This document shows positions 11,039 to 22,400 of a stretch of DNA of 64,000 nucleotides, in pieces. Each line of letters starts with the position of its first letter. Within the stretch, counting starts at the first letter, position 1. Under the pieces are notes generated by a model. It was not told the origin of the DNA. It was given only the letters and a program-made list of their open reading frames with translations, and did no database searches. Made by a program: the position numbers and the translations under genes. The DNA is from Azolla caroliniana (Eukaryota; Plantae; Polypodiophyta). The stretch covers positions 14,012,001-14,076,000 of the forward strand of contig JBHGNT010000013.1 in NCBI GenBank assembly GCA_043228905.1. The letters run 5' to 3'.

Positions 11039-14000
11039 TGTCACGTGCAATATTAAGACAGAGAAGTACTGTCAAGAACAGTACTAAGACAGAGAAGGAA
11101 TTAGTACTAAAAGATGAGGATTAGTACTAAGGGAGGTGTAGAACTCTCGAGAGAATGAAAGAGTGTGTGTGTGTGTGAGAGAGAATGAGGATAACAAAAG
11201 ATATATATTATGTTAAGGGAATATACAATAGTAGTTAAGAGGCTTAAGACTGACGTTGAACCGATTTGGTTCGAAATAATGCCTTGTGCCTCCTTTTATA
11301 GTGTTCTAAGGAGTACTCTTGAAGTTTCTAGAATGTTCAAGAGAAATCTGGAATATACATCAACTTTCTATAGTAAAACTTAAATGAAAATAATATCCTT
11401 TGTATTAGAATACATAGCTTAATGGTAAGAGCTCGACCCATGTAACATAAGATCATGGGTTCGAGTCTTGCCATATCATGACACTATCCCCCTTTTAAAA
11501 CGACGAGTGTCAAGAGTCGTTTTGGATTGAGGACCTGGTTTGTCTGGATATTGACGATGGAAGTCTTCAAGAAGAGCATGAGCATTGGTCACATTCTCTA
11601 TCGGTTCCCAAGTACGCTCGTTGGGACTATATCCTAACCAATCGACTAAATAGTAGAGCTTGTTGCGAACAATCTTGGAATCGAGGATGGTGGCAACCTC
11701 GTACTCAAGTCCACCTTCAAGTTCGATTGGGGGTGGAGGTGGTTTAATATGACCTGTGATGGTGTTGTCCTAATAGGGTTCTAGGAGAGAACTATGGAAC
11801 ACCAGATGTATCTATAGCTGTGGAGGTAGATTGAGGCGAAAAACAACATCATTAATCTTTCCGATAATATGGAAAGGACCTAATCGCCGGCGAGTACTCT
11901 TGATGTGTCGTCGTAGTAGCCACACCTGATCTCCAATGTCAAAACTGGATGGAAGCCGATGACGATTTGCGTAAACCTTGTGTGTTTGTTCAGCTTGTTG
12001 TAGATGAGTAGATAAATCCGCTTGTATCTTACGTAACCGCTCCAAACGATCCTCTGCACAAGGATTTGTAGGTAACTCTAGGGTTTCAAATACACACCAC
12101 CGGGGGTGATAGCCCGTGTAAGCATAAAATGGTGTCACCTTTGTTGATGAGTGGATAGAGTTATTATACGCAAATTCGGCGAAGTGGAGAATATTCGCCT
12201 AGTCATCTTGATGATAGCTTAAAAAGCACCGAAGATACTGCTCCAGCATTTGATTTATTCGTTCTACTTGGCCGTCTGTTTGCGGGTGGTAGTCGGAGGA
12301 GAGGTTACACGTGACCTTAAGCATTTTAAAGAGGTGCTTCCAGAACTTCGAGACGAACTAGGGTCCACGGTCGCTGATGATACTATCGGGAAGGCCATGA
12401 TGGGTTCACGCATGACAATTTCGGCAGTTTCTTCATTAGAGATTTCCTTAGTACATGGCAGGAAATGGGCCATCTTCGTATATCGATCTACTACTGTTAA
12501 GATCGCATTGAATCCCTTAGAGACCGGAAGATCTGTGATGAAATCTAGGGCAATGGATTGCCATGGCTTCCTTGGAATTGGTAATGGTTCTAATAAACCA
12601 TATGGATGATGCCTTGGCATTTTTGCTCTGCAACATGTATCACAAGTCCGAACAAAATCTTCGACAAATTGTCGCATATGGGGCCACCAGAATGATCGTT
12701 GTACTAAATCTAGTGTTTTAGTACTACCAAAATGCCCAGTTGTATATGTTTCATGACAGTTTTGGAATACTTGAAGGCGACAAGTACCATTAGGAACATA
12801 CAAGAGATTCTTAAAGAATAGTAATCCATCATGACATTCGAATTGTCAATAGTCCATACATGGTTATTGCAACTGTGAACAAGATGCTCGAGAGGGATCA
12901 ATTTGTGCTAGAATGGCTTGAGCGAAAGCATTTGTCTTCAAGTCCTCACGTATGGTATCGATAACGTGGGAATCCAAGGGCATACCGAAGACCTGCATTG
13001 TTTGCAGTCGTGCCGGTCCCAGGATTACTTGCTTTTCGTTATCGAAAGCCGGCTCACCGGGACGCGATGCTACATACGAGCTCCGTGATAATGCATCTAC
13101 CTTCCCTTGTTGCTTCCCTGGACGATATGTAATTTTGAAGTCGAAACGAGTGAGGAATTGGGCCCACCGAGCTTGACGTCGATTTAACACAGGAGCATTT
13201 TGAAAGTAGGCAAGGTTTTTGTGATCACTAAATACGATGACTTGATAAAAAAACCCCTCTAGAAAATGCCTCCACTGCATAAAAGATTCCACTATTGCTA
13301 ATAACTCCTTATCATGAATTTCATAGTTGATTTTCGCAACGTCAAACTTGCGTAATGGAAAGCCACAGGATGTAGCTTTTCATCATCGCCTTGTTGAGAC
13401 AGAATGCTACCCAAGGCGAAATCTGACACGTCTGTTTCAATGATGAATGGTTTTTCTGGATCAACATGAGCTAAAATAGGAGTTGATGTAAATGCCTTCT
13501 TAAGACTCTCAAAAGCCATGTTTGTTTCTTCAGACCAAACGAATGGTTGTCCCTTCCTGGTAAGTTGTGTGAGAGGCAGAACAAGCTTTGAGTAATCCGG
13601 TATGAGCTTGCGGTAAAAATTGGCAAAGCTTAAAAAGCATTGCACATCTCGCAATGAACGCGGAGTTTGCCACTCTACCACCGTTTTGACCTTAGTTGGA
13701 TCCATGGAGATGCCTTCCGAGGAAATGACATAGCTCAAAAATTCTACATGGTTGCACCCGAAACTACATTTTCCCAGCTTTGCATAAAGACCATGTTCTC
13801 AAAGTCGTTTTAGTACTAACAGTACATGAGAATCATGCTCTTCTTGGGTCTACGAATAAACCAGCAGATCATCCAAATAGATGATCAAAAAATCATCCAA
13901 GAGATCTTGGAATATATCATTTGCCATGTGTTGGAAGACTGTTGGCGCATTAGTGAGGTCGAATGGCATGACCGTATACTCGAAGTGGCCATATCTAGTG

Positions 14001-14470
14001 TGAAATGCAGTCTTCCATTCATCTCCTGGTTGGATCCGTACAAGGTTATATGCTCCTCATAAGTCGAACTTTGTGAAGAACCTTGCACCATTGATCCGTT
14101 CTAAAAGACTTGAGATAAGGGGAAGTGCATACCTATTCCTGATAGTGACTTTATTCAATCCACGGTAATCTATGATGAGATGAAGTGATCCATCCTTTTT
14201 CTTGACGAAGAAAGTGGGTGTGCTAGTTGGAGATTTCGAATGTCGAATGAAACCATTTGCCAAATTCTCCTCTATATAGGCTCGAAGGACTTCTAGCTCG
14301 TTGGTGACAAATTGTAGATCGGTCCCCATGGTGGCTCTTTTCCCGGTTGTAAATTGATGGGGCAATCATACGGTTGATGGTGAGGAAGCGTATTGACTCG
14401 TACTTTATCAAACACATCGGCATAATGACGATACTTCTCTGGAAGTTGAACGGTGGACTCCTCTTTATTG
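11039..14470 (-). mobile_element. Degenerate 5'-truncated Tcn1/Tf2-like chromovirus (RT, RNase H, integrase, chromodomain, 3' LTR 11039-11483)
   Basis: FVKKKDGSL, IIETDVSDFALG, RRQARW, SIALDFITDLP; chromodomain YEVATILDSK...YYLVDWLGY...TWEP at about 11530-11706; PPT AAAAGGGGGATAG next to the LTR. Confidence 0.88.
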
Positions 14471-15370
14471 ACATTAAATATATAACTTAGTAGTTACTTA
14501 AATAGAATCTAGTTAGTGTATTGACCTTAAAGCCTTAAATAGGACCTTGTACTTAAGTGGGATACATTCTAGATCCTCCACTCCCAAGTACATTTAATAT
14601 AGGACTTACATCCTTGTACCTATATTCTTCTCACACATGTGCACCCTTGCACATGAGATCTATATATACCTCATTGTCGGTATTTTTGTAACTTTATGCT
14701 TATTAATATAGAGAAAGGTCTTTAATTACACTCTTGTTAATCATCCCCCGTTTTATCGTATTGTTCATAAGTGTAACTTCTGTTAGGATTTGACGCTTTC
14801 AAAACCTTCACCTCTCGGCCACAACCGAGGAAACACGAGTCAATGCAGAAGTAAATCAAAAACACAGAGAGAGACTCGAATGCACAGGGTTTAGCGTGGA
14901 AAACCCTAGACGGGAAAAACCACGGGAGTGCAAGACTCCAACTATCGCTATACGCAGGGAATGTACAATGGCGAGCTGCAAGGCGACGACCTTGAGCTCG
15001 CTATCCTCGCCACAGGCGGCGGTATTACACAGAGGCGTCGACCTCTTCCTTTCTCTCTCTCTCACTCTCTCTCTCGGCTGCTCTCACTTCGCTCCCTCTA
15101 AATGGAAAACAGAAAAATGAGCAACAACACCAAAACTGTTTGCCCTAAGTCATATTTATACACATATGACTTTCGGGCTATTTACAAATATAGCCTAGAG
15201 GGCCCTTGGCAAACATATTCACAAATATGTCCCCGCATCCGGATCTCTCTCCGGGTACATTCGTCATCCGGCTCTGTAGCCGGGGTCTTCATCATCCGGG
15301 TCTTCATTCCCGATTCCCGGACATCTGACCATCCTATCCGGAGGGACCGTAATCCCAACAAACTCCCCCT

Positions 15371-17656
15371 TCACTTCGGCATGGGATGTCTTTCCAGTCC
15401 GACCCTCTTCCGGCACGCTTCCAGCTTGTCGAGTGTGAGCACTTTGGTCAGCATATCTGACCCGTTCTCGTCCGTGTGGATCTTCGTCAGCACGAACTGC
15501 TGGTCTTCTATCCTTTCCCGGATCCAGTGATATCTTCGCTGGATGTGCTTCGTCCGGGAGTGATAGGCCGCATTCTTCGCAAGGTGGATGGCACTCTGAC
15601 TGTCGCAGTACAGTCGGTACTCCTCCTGCCGGATACCGAGCTCTCTAATGAAGTCCTTCATCCATATTATTTCCTTGCCGGCTTCAACAGCCGCCATGTA
15701 CTCCGCCTCTGTGGTTGACAACGCAACCGTCTTCTGCAGCCTCGACTGCCACGAAACGGCTCCCCCTGCATACGTCATCACATACCCTGATGTGGACCGG
15801 CTGGTATCTGCATCAGCCGACATATCCGAATCGGTAAAGCTGTCGAGTTCGGGCTTACCGGAGCCGAATCGGAGGCACACGTTTGCCGTGCCCTTCAGGT
15901 ATCGGAGTATCCACTTGGCTGCGTTCCAGTGCTCTTTGCCGGGATTGCTCATGTACCGGCTCACCACTCCGACTGCATATCCTATGTCCGGTCTTGTACA
16001 CACCATTGCGTACATCAAGCTTCCGACGGCAGAGGCATATGGTACTTTCATCATGTCCTCCTTCTCAGCCTTTGTCTTGGGGCTTTGCTTGCTGGACAAC
16101 TTGCAGTTTGCCGGGAGGGTTGACCCGACCGGTCTTGCTTCCGACATGTTGAACCGGTGAAGCACCTTTGTCACGTACTTCTCCTGTGACAGCCACAACT
16201 GCTTCTTCTTCCGGTCCCGGATGATGTGCATCCCTAGTATTTGCCTCGCCGGACCCAGGTCCTTCATTGAGAAGGTTCGGTGAAGGGCTTTCTTCAGCAT
16301 CCGTATCTTGACCTGGTCCCGTCCGACGATCAACATGTCGTCCACGTACAGGAGGAGTATTAGAAAGTCTCCTCCTTCGAACTTCTTCACAAACACGCAG
16401 TGATCGGACTGCGTTTTGTGGTACCCTTCGTCGGTCATGAAAGAGTCGAACTTCCGGTACCATTGCCGGGGAGCCTGCTTCAGTCCGTAAAGGCTCTTCT
16501 TCAACCGGCATACCAGGTGCTCCTTCCCTTTCTTCTCGAATCCTTCCGGTTGCTGCATGTAGATCTCTTCTTCGAGGTCACCGTGAAGGAATGCCGTCTT
16601 CACGTCCATCTGTTCTACCTCGAGGTCCATGCTTGCCGTTATGCTCAGCACCGTCCGGATGGAGGTCATCTTCACTACCGGGGCAAATATCTCGTCGAAG
16701 TCCACGCCCTTCTTCTGCTGGAACCCCTTCACCACGATCCTGGCTTTGTATCTCGGGGGGTTTCCGGCATCTCCCGGTTTCAGCTTGAACACCCACTTGT
16801 TTCGAAGTGCCCGCTTTCCTTTCGGCAACTCCACAAGTTCATATGTGTGGTTCTCATGCAGGGAATCCATCTCCTCCTGCATGGCACTTAACCACCTGCG
16901 GCTATGGGTGTCAAGCTTTGCTTCTTCAAAACTCTCCGGCTCCCCCTCGTCGGTTAGCAGCACGTGCTCTGGTTCCGGAAATCTCCGGGGAGCCCTTCTC
17001 TCTCTTAGAGGATATCTCTGTTCCGGAGCTTCGGTAACCGGCTCCTCCGTTTCCTCTTCATCCGAATCCATTTCGGGATCGGGGCCGGTTCCGGTATCAG
17101 TTTCATCTTCCTCGGCCGGTTCTGTTTCTTCACCGTCTTCGGCCGGATCCTCGAGTGCTAACCGGTCCCTTGCCGGTCGGGACTGCTCCTCGTAGAGTTG
17201 ATCCTCACCGGTCGACTTGGAGCTCTTCATTTTCTTCTTCGACTCCCAGTCGGCGAGTGGCTTGTCCTCCATGAAGATGATATCACGACTCCGGAATATC
17301 TTTTTGTCGACCGGGTCCCATACTCGGTAGCCGAACTCGTCATCGCCGTAACCGAGGAATATGCATGGCCGGGTCTTTGGATCTAGCTTCCGGTCCTTTG
17401 CCACATGCACATATGCGAGACACCCGAACACCTTCAGATGCCGGTAGGATACTTCCCTACCGGTCCACACTCTCTGCGGCGTGTCTCCGTCCAAAGGTAC
17501 TGAGGGTGATCTGTTTATCACGTATGTCACCGTCGACATTGCCTCAGCCCAAAACCCCTTGGGTAATTTCGCATGCGCCAGCATACTCCGGACCCTCTCC
17601 ATTATGGTCCGGTTCATCCTCTCGGCCAGCCCGTTCAGTTCCGGCGTCTTCGACAC
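15371..17656 (-). CDS. pol: Copia polyprotein C-terminal part (integrase, RT, RNase H)
   Basis: NGLAERMNRT, QMDVKTAFLHG, LYGLKQAPRQW, LYVDD, STTEAEY, TKHI. The stop codon abuts the PPT. Confidence 0.92.
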   Translation of the reverse strand: MSKTPELNGLAERMNRTIMERVRSMLAHAKLPKGFWAEAMSTVTYVINRSPSVPLDGDTPQRVWTGREVSYRHLKVFGCLAYVHVAKDRKLDPKTRPCIFLGYGDDEFGYRVWDPVDKKIFRSRDIIFMEDKPLADWESKKKMKSSKSTGEDQLYEEQSRPARDRLALEDPAEDGEETEPAEEDETDTGTGPDPEMDSDEEETEEPVTEAPEQRYPLRERRAPRRFPEPEHVLLTDEGEPESFEEAKLDTHSRRWLSAMQEEMDSLHENHTYELVELPKGKRALRNKWVFKLKPGDAGNPPRYKARIVVKGFQQKKGVDFDEIFAPVVKMTSIRTVLSITASMDLEVEQMDVKTAFLHGDLEEEIYMQQPEGFEKKGKEHLVCRLKKSLYGLKQAPRQWYRKFDSFMTDEGYHKTQSDHCVFVKKFEGGDFLILLLYVDDMLIVGRDQVKIRMLKKALHRTFSMKDLGPARQILGMHIIRDRKKKQLWLSQEKYVTKVLHRFNMSEARPVGSTLPANCKLSSKQSPKTKAEKEDMMKVPYASAVGSLMYAMVCTRPDIGYAVGVVSRYMSNPGKEHWNAAKWILRYLKGTANVCLRFGSGKPELDSFTDSDMSADADTSRSTSGYVMTYAGGAVSWQSRLQKTVALSTTEAEYMAAVEAGKEIIWMKDFIRELGIRQEEYRLYCDSQSAIHLAKNAAYHSRTKHIQRRYHWIRERIEDQQFVLTKIHTDENGSDMLTKVLTLDKLEACRKRVGLERHPMPK

Positions 17657-19446
17657 AGTAAACTCGAGCGGATTCCCTTCGAGCGACAGTACTCCTCGAA
17701 CTGCCCCCGGTATTCCCCTCCGTTATCCGCTCGTATCGCTTTCAGCTTCTTGCCGGATTCCCTTTCCACTCTCGCGTGGAGTTCTTTGAAGACGCACAAC
17801 ACTTGGTCCTTTGTCTTCAACGGTGCCGTCCACAGCTTCCGGCTGTGGTCATCAATGAATGTCACGAAGTACTGGGCTCCGCCATGTGACTTCGTTTCTA
17901 CTTGACACACGTCAGTGTGCACCAACTCCAATGGTGCGCTACGTCTCGTCGGTGGCCTTGAGTGGAAGGAGGTTTGGTTCTGCTTACCGGCCAGGCAATC
18001 GGTGCACTTCTCCAGGTGCACATGCTTCACTGGGATAAGGTTGTCTTCTGCAAGCCTCTTCATCCCCTTCTCACTCATGTGGCACAGTCTCTTGTGCCAC
18101 AGCTCACCGGCACTGTCGGCTGCCACGTTCAACTCCTCCGGACACAACCAGGCATTCATAAGGTACAGTGTGTTGACCTTCCGGGCCCGAGCCACTATCA
18201 GGCTCCCCTTGCTGAACTTCATTACGCAGTTCCGGATGCTACCTGTGTAGCCTTCATCGTCTAGCCTCCCGGCCGAAATCAGGTTCAATCGAACCTCCGG
18301 AACGTGTCGGACATCCTTCAGCAACATTTTGCATCCGGTCGAGGTTGTCAACCACACGTCTCCTATGCCGGCAATCCGGCACGTACCTTCATTTCCCATC
18401 CGAACACAGCCATGCTCACCGGCTGTGTAGGATGAGAAGTATCTTCTTTCCGGGGTCAGGTGGAACGACGCTCCGGAATCGACCACCCAGGTAGTCTCAT
18501 CGCCGGCAATGTTTAGTTCACCTTCTTCGGTGATGAGCATGATCTCCTCTTCACTTGCCGCGAGTGCCGTCGTTCCTTTCCGGTCCTGCCCTCGCCGATC
18601 CGAACCATTCCGGTTCGTGGCTCCCCGGTAAGCACCGTTCCGTTCCAAAGACTTCTTCGAATCGGTGTCGTCGGCTCCGTTGTCTTTTCGGTAATGCCGA
18701 CAATTCTTTCGGAAGTGCCCCGGCTTCCCACAGTGGAAGCATGCGGGCCTTCCTCTTGACTGCGACCGGGTCCCCGACTTCTCCCGTCTTTGCGGACTCC
18801 GGTTCCGTTGTCTTCCCCGATCCGATTCGGTAAGCAGCATCTTCGGATCGGAGGCCGGTTCTTTATCTCTCCGACGCGCTTCTTCGTTCAAAATGCTTGT
18901 CTTTACCGTTTGTAGGGACAAGTTATCTTCGGTGCAGGAGGTGCTGAGAGTCACCACCAAGTTCTCCCAGCTTTCCGGCAATGTACACATCAGCATGATG
19001 GCTTGCATTGCATCCTCCAACGGGAACTTGATCGCCACAAGCTGGTTCACGAATCCCATGAACGTGCTTACGTGTTCCACCATACTCTCGCCGTCCCGGT
19101 ACTTGAGGTTCACTATCTTCCTCATCAGGGAGGTCCGGTTCAACGCATTCTTCCTCTCATAGAGGCCCGACAGCTTCTGCCACATCTCATATGCGTTGGT
19201 GTCGTTCGCCACATGTTGTAGAACGCTCACGTCGACGTATTGCCGAATGGTTGCAACGGCTTTCCGGTTCAGAAGCCTCCATTCCGTCTCAAGTACCCCC
19301 TTGGGTATTTCCGACCTGTCGATCGGTTCATACAGGTCCCGAACGATGAGCAGATCCTCCATCTTTATCTTCCAGTCGGCGTAGTTCTGCGCATTCAGCA
19401 CCATCATCCCCGGCTGCCCGCTGCTGCCGCCTTCCATTTTCTGCAC
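17635..19446 (-). CDS. gag-pol: Copia polyprotein N-terminal part (Gag, CCHC knuckle, protease, start of integrase)
   Basis: CFHCGKPGHFRKNC, WVVDSGASFH, LWHKRLCH, IRADNGGEY. The frame is lost near 17668 through an apparent 1-bp deletion. Confidence 0.9.
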   Translation of the reverse strand: MQKMEGGSSGQPGMMVLNAQNYADWKIKMEDLLIVRDLYEPIDRSEIPKGVLETEWRLLNRKAVATIRQYVDVSVLQHVANDTNAYEMWQKLSGLYERKNALNRTSLMRKIVNLKYRDGESMVEHVSTFMGFVNQLVAIKFPLEDAMQAIMLMCTLPESWENLVVTLSTSCTEDNLSLQTVKTSILNEEARRRDKEPASDPKMLLTESDRGRQRNRSPQRREKSGTRSQSRGRPACFHCGKPGHFRKNCRHYRKDNGADDTDSKKSLERNGAYRGATNRNGSDRRGQDRKGTTALAASEEEIMLITEEGELNIAGDETTWVVDSGASFHLTPERRYFSSYTAGEHGCVRMGNEGTCRIAGIGDVWLTTSTGCKMLLKDVRHVPEVRLNLISAGRLDDEGYTGSIRNCVMKFSKGSLIVARARKVNTLYLMNAWLCPEELNVAADSAGELWHKRLCHMSEKGMKRLAEDNLIPVKHVHLEKCTDCLAGKQNQTSFHSRPPTRRSAPLELVHTDVCQVETKSHGGAQYFVTFIDDHSRKLWTAPLKTKDQVLCVFKELHARVERESGKKLKAIRADNGGEYRGQFEEYCRSKGIRSSLLCRRRRN

Positions 19447-22400
19447 TGCAGTCGCTCTGATACCAGATTGTTAGGATTTGACGCTTTCAAAACCTTCGTC
19501 TCTCGGCCACAACCGAGGAAACACGAGTCAATGCAGAAGTAAATCAAAAACACAGAGAGAGACTCGAATGCACAGGGTTTAGCGTGGAAAACCCTAGACG
19601 GGAAAAACCACGGGAGTGCAAGACTCCAACTATCGCTATACGCAGGGAATGTACAATGGCGAGCTGCAAGGCGACGACCTTGAGCTCGCTGTCCTCGCCA
19701 CAGGCGGCGGTATTACACAGAGGCGTCAACCTCTTCCTTTCTCTCTCTCTCACTCTCTCTCTCGGCTGCTCTCACTTCGCTCCCTCTAAATGGAAAACAG
19801 AAAAATGAGCAACAACACCAAAACTGTTTGCCCTAAGTCATATTTATACACATATGACTTTCGGGCTATTTACAAATATAGCCTAGAGGGCCCTTGGCAA
19901 ACATATTCACAAATATGTCCCCGCATCCGGATCTCTCTCCGGGTACATTCGTCATCCGGCTCCGTAGCCGGGGTCTTCATCATCCGGCTCCGTAGCCGGG
20001 GTCTTCATCAACTTCCTCTCTCTCTTTCCCTCTCATATACGCACACATATACATCACATAATCTTCCGTTGCTTAATCACATACGTGATCAACTACTTGC
20101 ATAATTAGACATTAATTAACCCTTAGTTAATTACCTAATTATTAACATGGTATTAGAGCGTGTGGTTTAGCATTTCCACTAACCCCACCCAACTCATAGT
20201 GATTGTGTGTTCGATACACCAATGACAAATCCGGCTATCCACTACTGTAGTACCGTTGTGTAGCACGTGTACGTGACCGACGGAAGAAAAGCCAAAAAGG
20301 AAGACTCAAAATCAACATGAACACACAAATGGGTAGCTCGCTCCCTAGTGAAAAGCTAGACCGGAGCAATTTTTCATCTTGGGAGTACAAGATGAACCAA
20401 TACCTAGTACGCCAAGGGTATTGGAGCTACATCAACGGTGTACTCGAAAACAAACCTGGCATCACAAACGCCAACTACCCAACATGGGAGCAAGGAGAAA
20501 GTCGGGTAATGTATTGTTTGGAAACATGTGTCCATGATCACATGCTTAGCCACATTCAAGACGTCGAAACGCTTAAAGAAGTGTGGGAGAACTTAAAGAA
20601 AACCTTCGTTGCCAACACGACCGCCTGCAACCTTCAACTCCGACAAGATGAAGAGCATTTGTGACTCACTTAACTCTATCAACATAAACATTGAAGAGGA
20701 CGAAATGGTGAAGTGTGCTTGGGCAGCTTCACACAACGATTCGATCCGATAAGGATGGCAATCTTGGCAAGAGAAAATCCTCCTTCATTCTTTGACTTCA
20801 ATCAATCTTATTGGTTAAAGAAAACCACATCCAAACCAAGAGTAAGACGTCGAAAGGACAAATGTTCTTCTCGAATTCAGATGGTGGCCGAGGACGAGGT
20901 CGCGACAGTAGAAGATATTGATTCGGCCGTCTCAGAAAGGGAACTCGAACCTTCGACAAGAAGACGGAAGACATCGAGGAATCTTCGGAAGAAGGGGGAG
21001 CTTCCATGCCGGACAAGGTCGGCAAACCATGCCACTTACCTACAACTATTGTGGGAAGATCAGCCATCACGAAGAGGAGTGCCGAAAGAAGAGAAGTGAT
21101 TCAACTTCCACAAGCCGACAACTAAAAAACTACGCCACTAACTTCGAATACAACGACTGTGGTGGATTTTTCGTCATGTGACATAAGGCTAACTCTATGT
21201 CAGCATCCGACTCCACGAACACCTCTAATTCGGAAGATGTGTGGTTCGTCGACTTCGATGCCTCAAATCATATGACGTCACACCAAGCATGGTTTCGTGA
21301 CTTAATAACATCGGATCGGCCCGTCTACATAGAGACAGGAGACGACACCACACATCCCATTCGACACATTGACAACGTCCTATTTGACAAAAACAACAAA
21401 AATAATTGCATCAAGAATGTCTTGTACATTCCTATAATAACAAAGAATTTGGACTCAGTCGGCCAAATCGGGGAGCAAGGCATGCAAGTTCGTTTCAACA
21501 ATGAAGGATGCTTCATAGAAAAGAATGGTCGACTCATAGCTAGAGGAAGAAAAGAAGGTCGAATATTTATTCTCGATTTGGACGAGGTAAAATCAGCCAT
21601 GTATGCCAAAGGTTTCAAAACCGAGATGAACATCGAGTTGTGTCACAAGAAAATCGGCCACATCAATCTCCAATGGCTTCGAGCGATCCAATCAAAGGGA
21701 GTCGTCATCGGACTTCCGACATTTGAGTCGAAATGAGTCGACCAAGTGTGTGAAGCATGTCAACTCGGCAAGAACATCGACTCTGATTCCCAAAGGAAAG
21801 AGCTACGTAAGCAACGGCCTCCTTGACGTAATCCACTCGGATGTATGGGGACCAACTCAAAAGCCGATCATCAAAGGATGCCAGTACTACGTCACCTTCA
21901 TCGACAACTACTCCTGCTACACATGGATCTTCCCGATAAAGAAGAAGAGTGAAGTGCTCTCCCACTTCCAAAAGCTCAAGAGTCAAGTGGAGAAAGAAAC
22001 AGGTTGGCATATTCGATGTCTACGATCGGATGGAGGAAAGGAGTACTTCTCCAATGAATTCATCTCCTACCTCCAAGGTGCAGGCATCTGGACAGAATTC
22101 TCATGCTGACACACACCCCAATAAAATGGAGTAGCTAAAAGAAAGAATCGGCACATACTCAAGGTAGCACGCACCATGTTGCATGAGAAGCACATGCCGA
22201 ATTTCTATTGGGCCGAAGTGGCATCCACAACCGTCTATCTCATGAATCGGTGCACCACTAATGGAACACATTAGCTAACTGCAAATGAGATCTTTGTTGG
22301 AAGGACGCCAATCCTTTCGCACCTCAAAGTGTTCGGAAGTATTGCGTATGTCACATCCCGAACGAAAAACAATAGAAGCTCGACGTGAAGTCGGAGAAAT

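Larger units (their letters stand above)
14781..20010 (-). mobile_element. Young Ty1/copia element (Tnt1/Tork-like)
   Basis: TSD ACTTC at 14776-14780 and 20011-20015; LTRs 14781-15360 and 19469-20010 with about 5 substitutions in the shared part; tRNA-iMet PBS at 19454-19465; PPT at 15361-15370. Confidence 0.95.

Noticed and set aside
17635-17680. Programmed frameshift between the two copia ORFs
   Set aside because: It falls inside the integrase core with no slippery site, so a 1-bp deletion is the simpler explanation.
15102-19808. Many antisense and overlapping ORFs in the young copia (likewise across 56156-63441)
   Set aside because: Expected shadow ORFs of GC-rich coding sequence, with no recognisable motifs.
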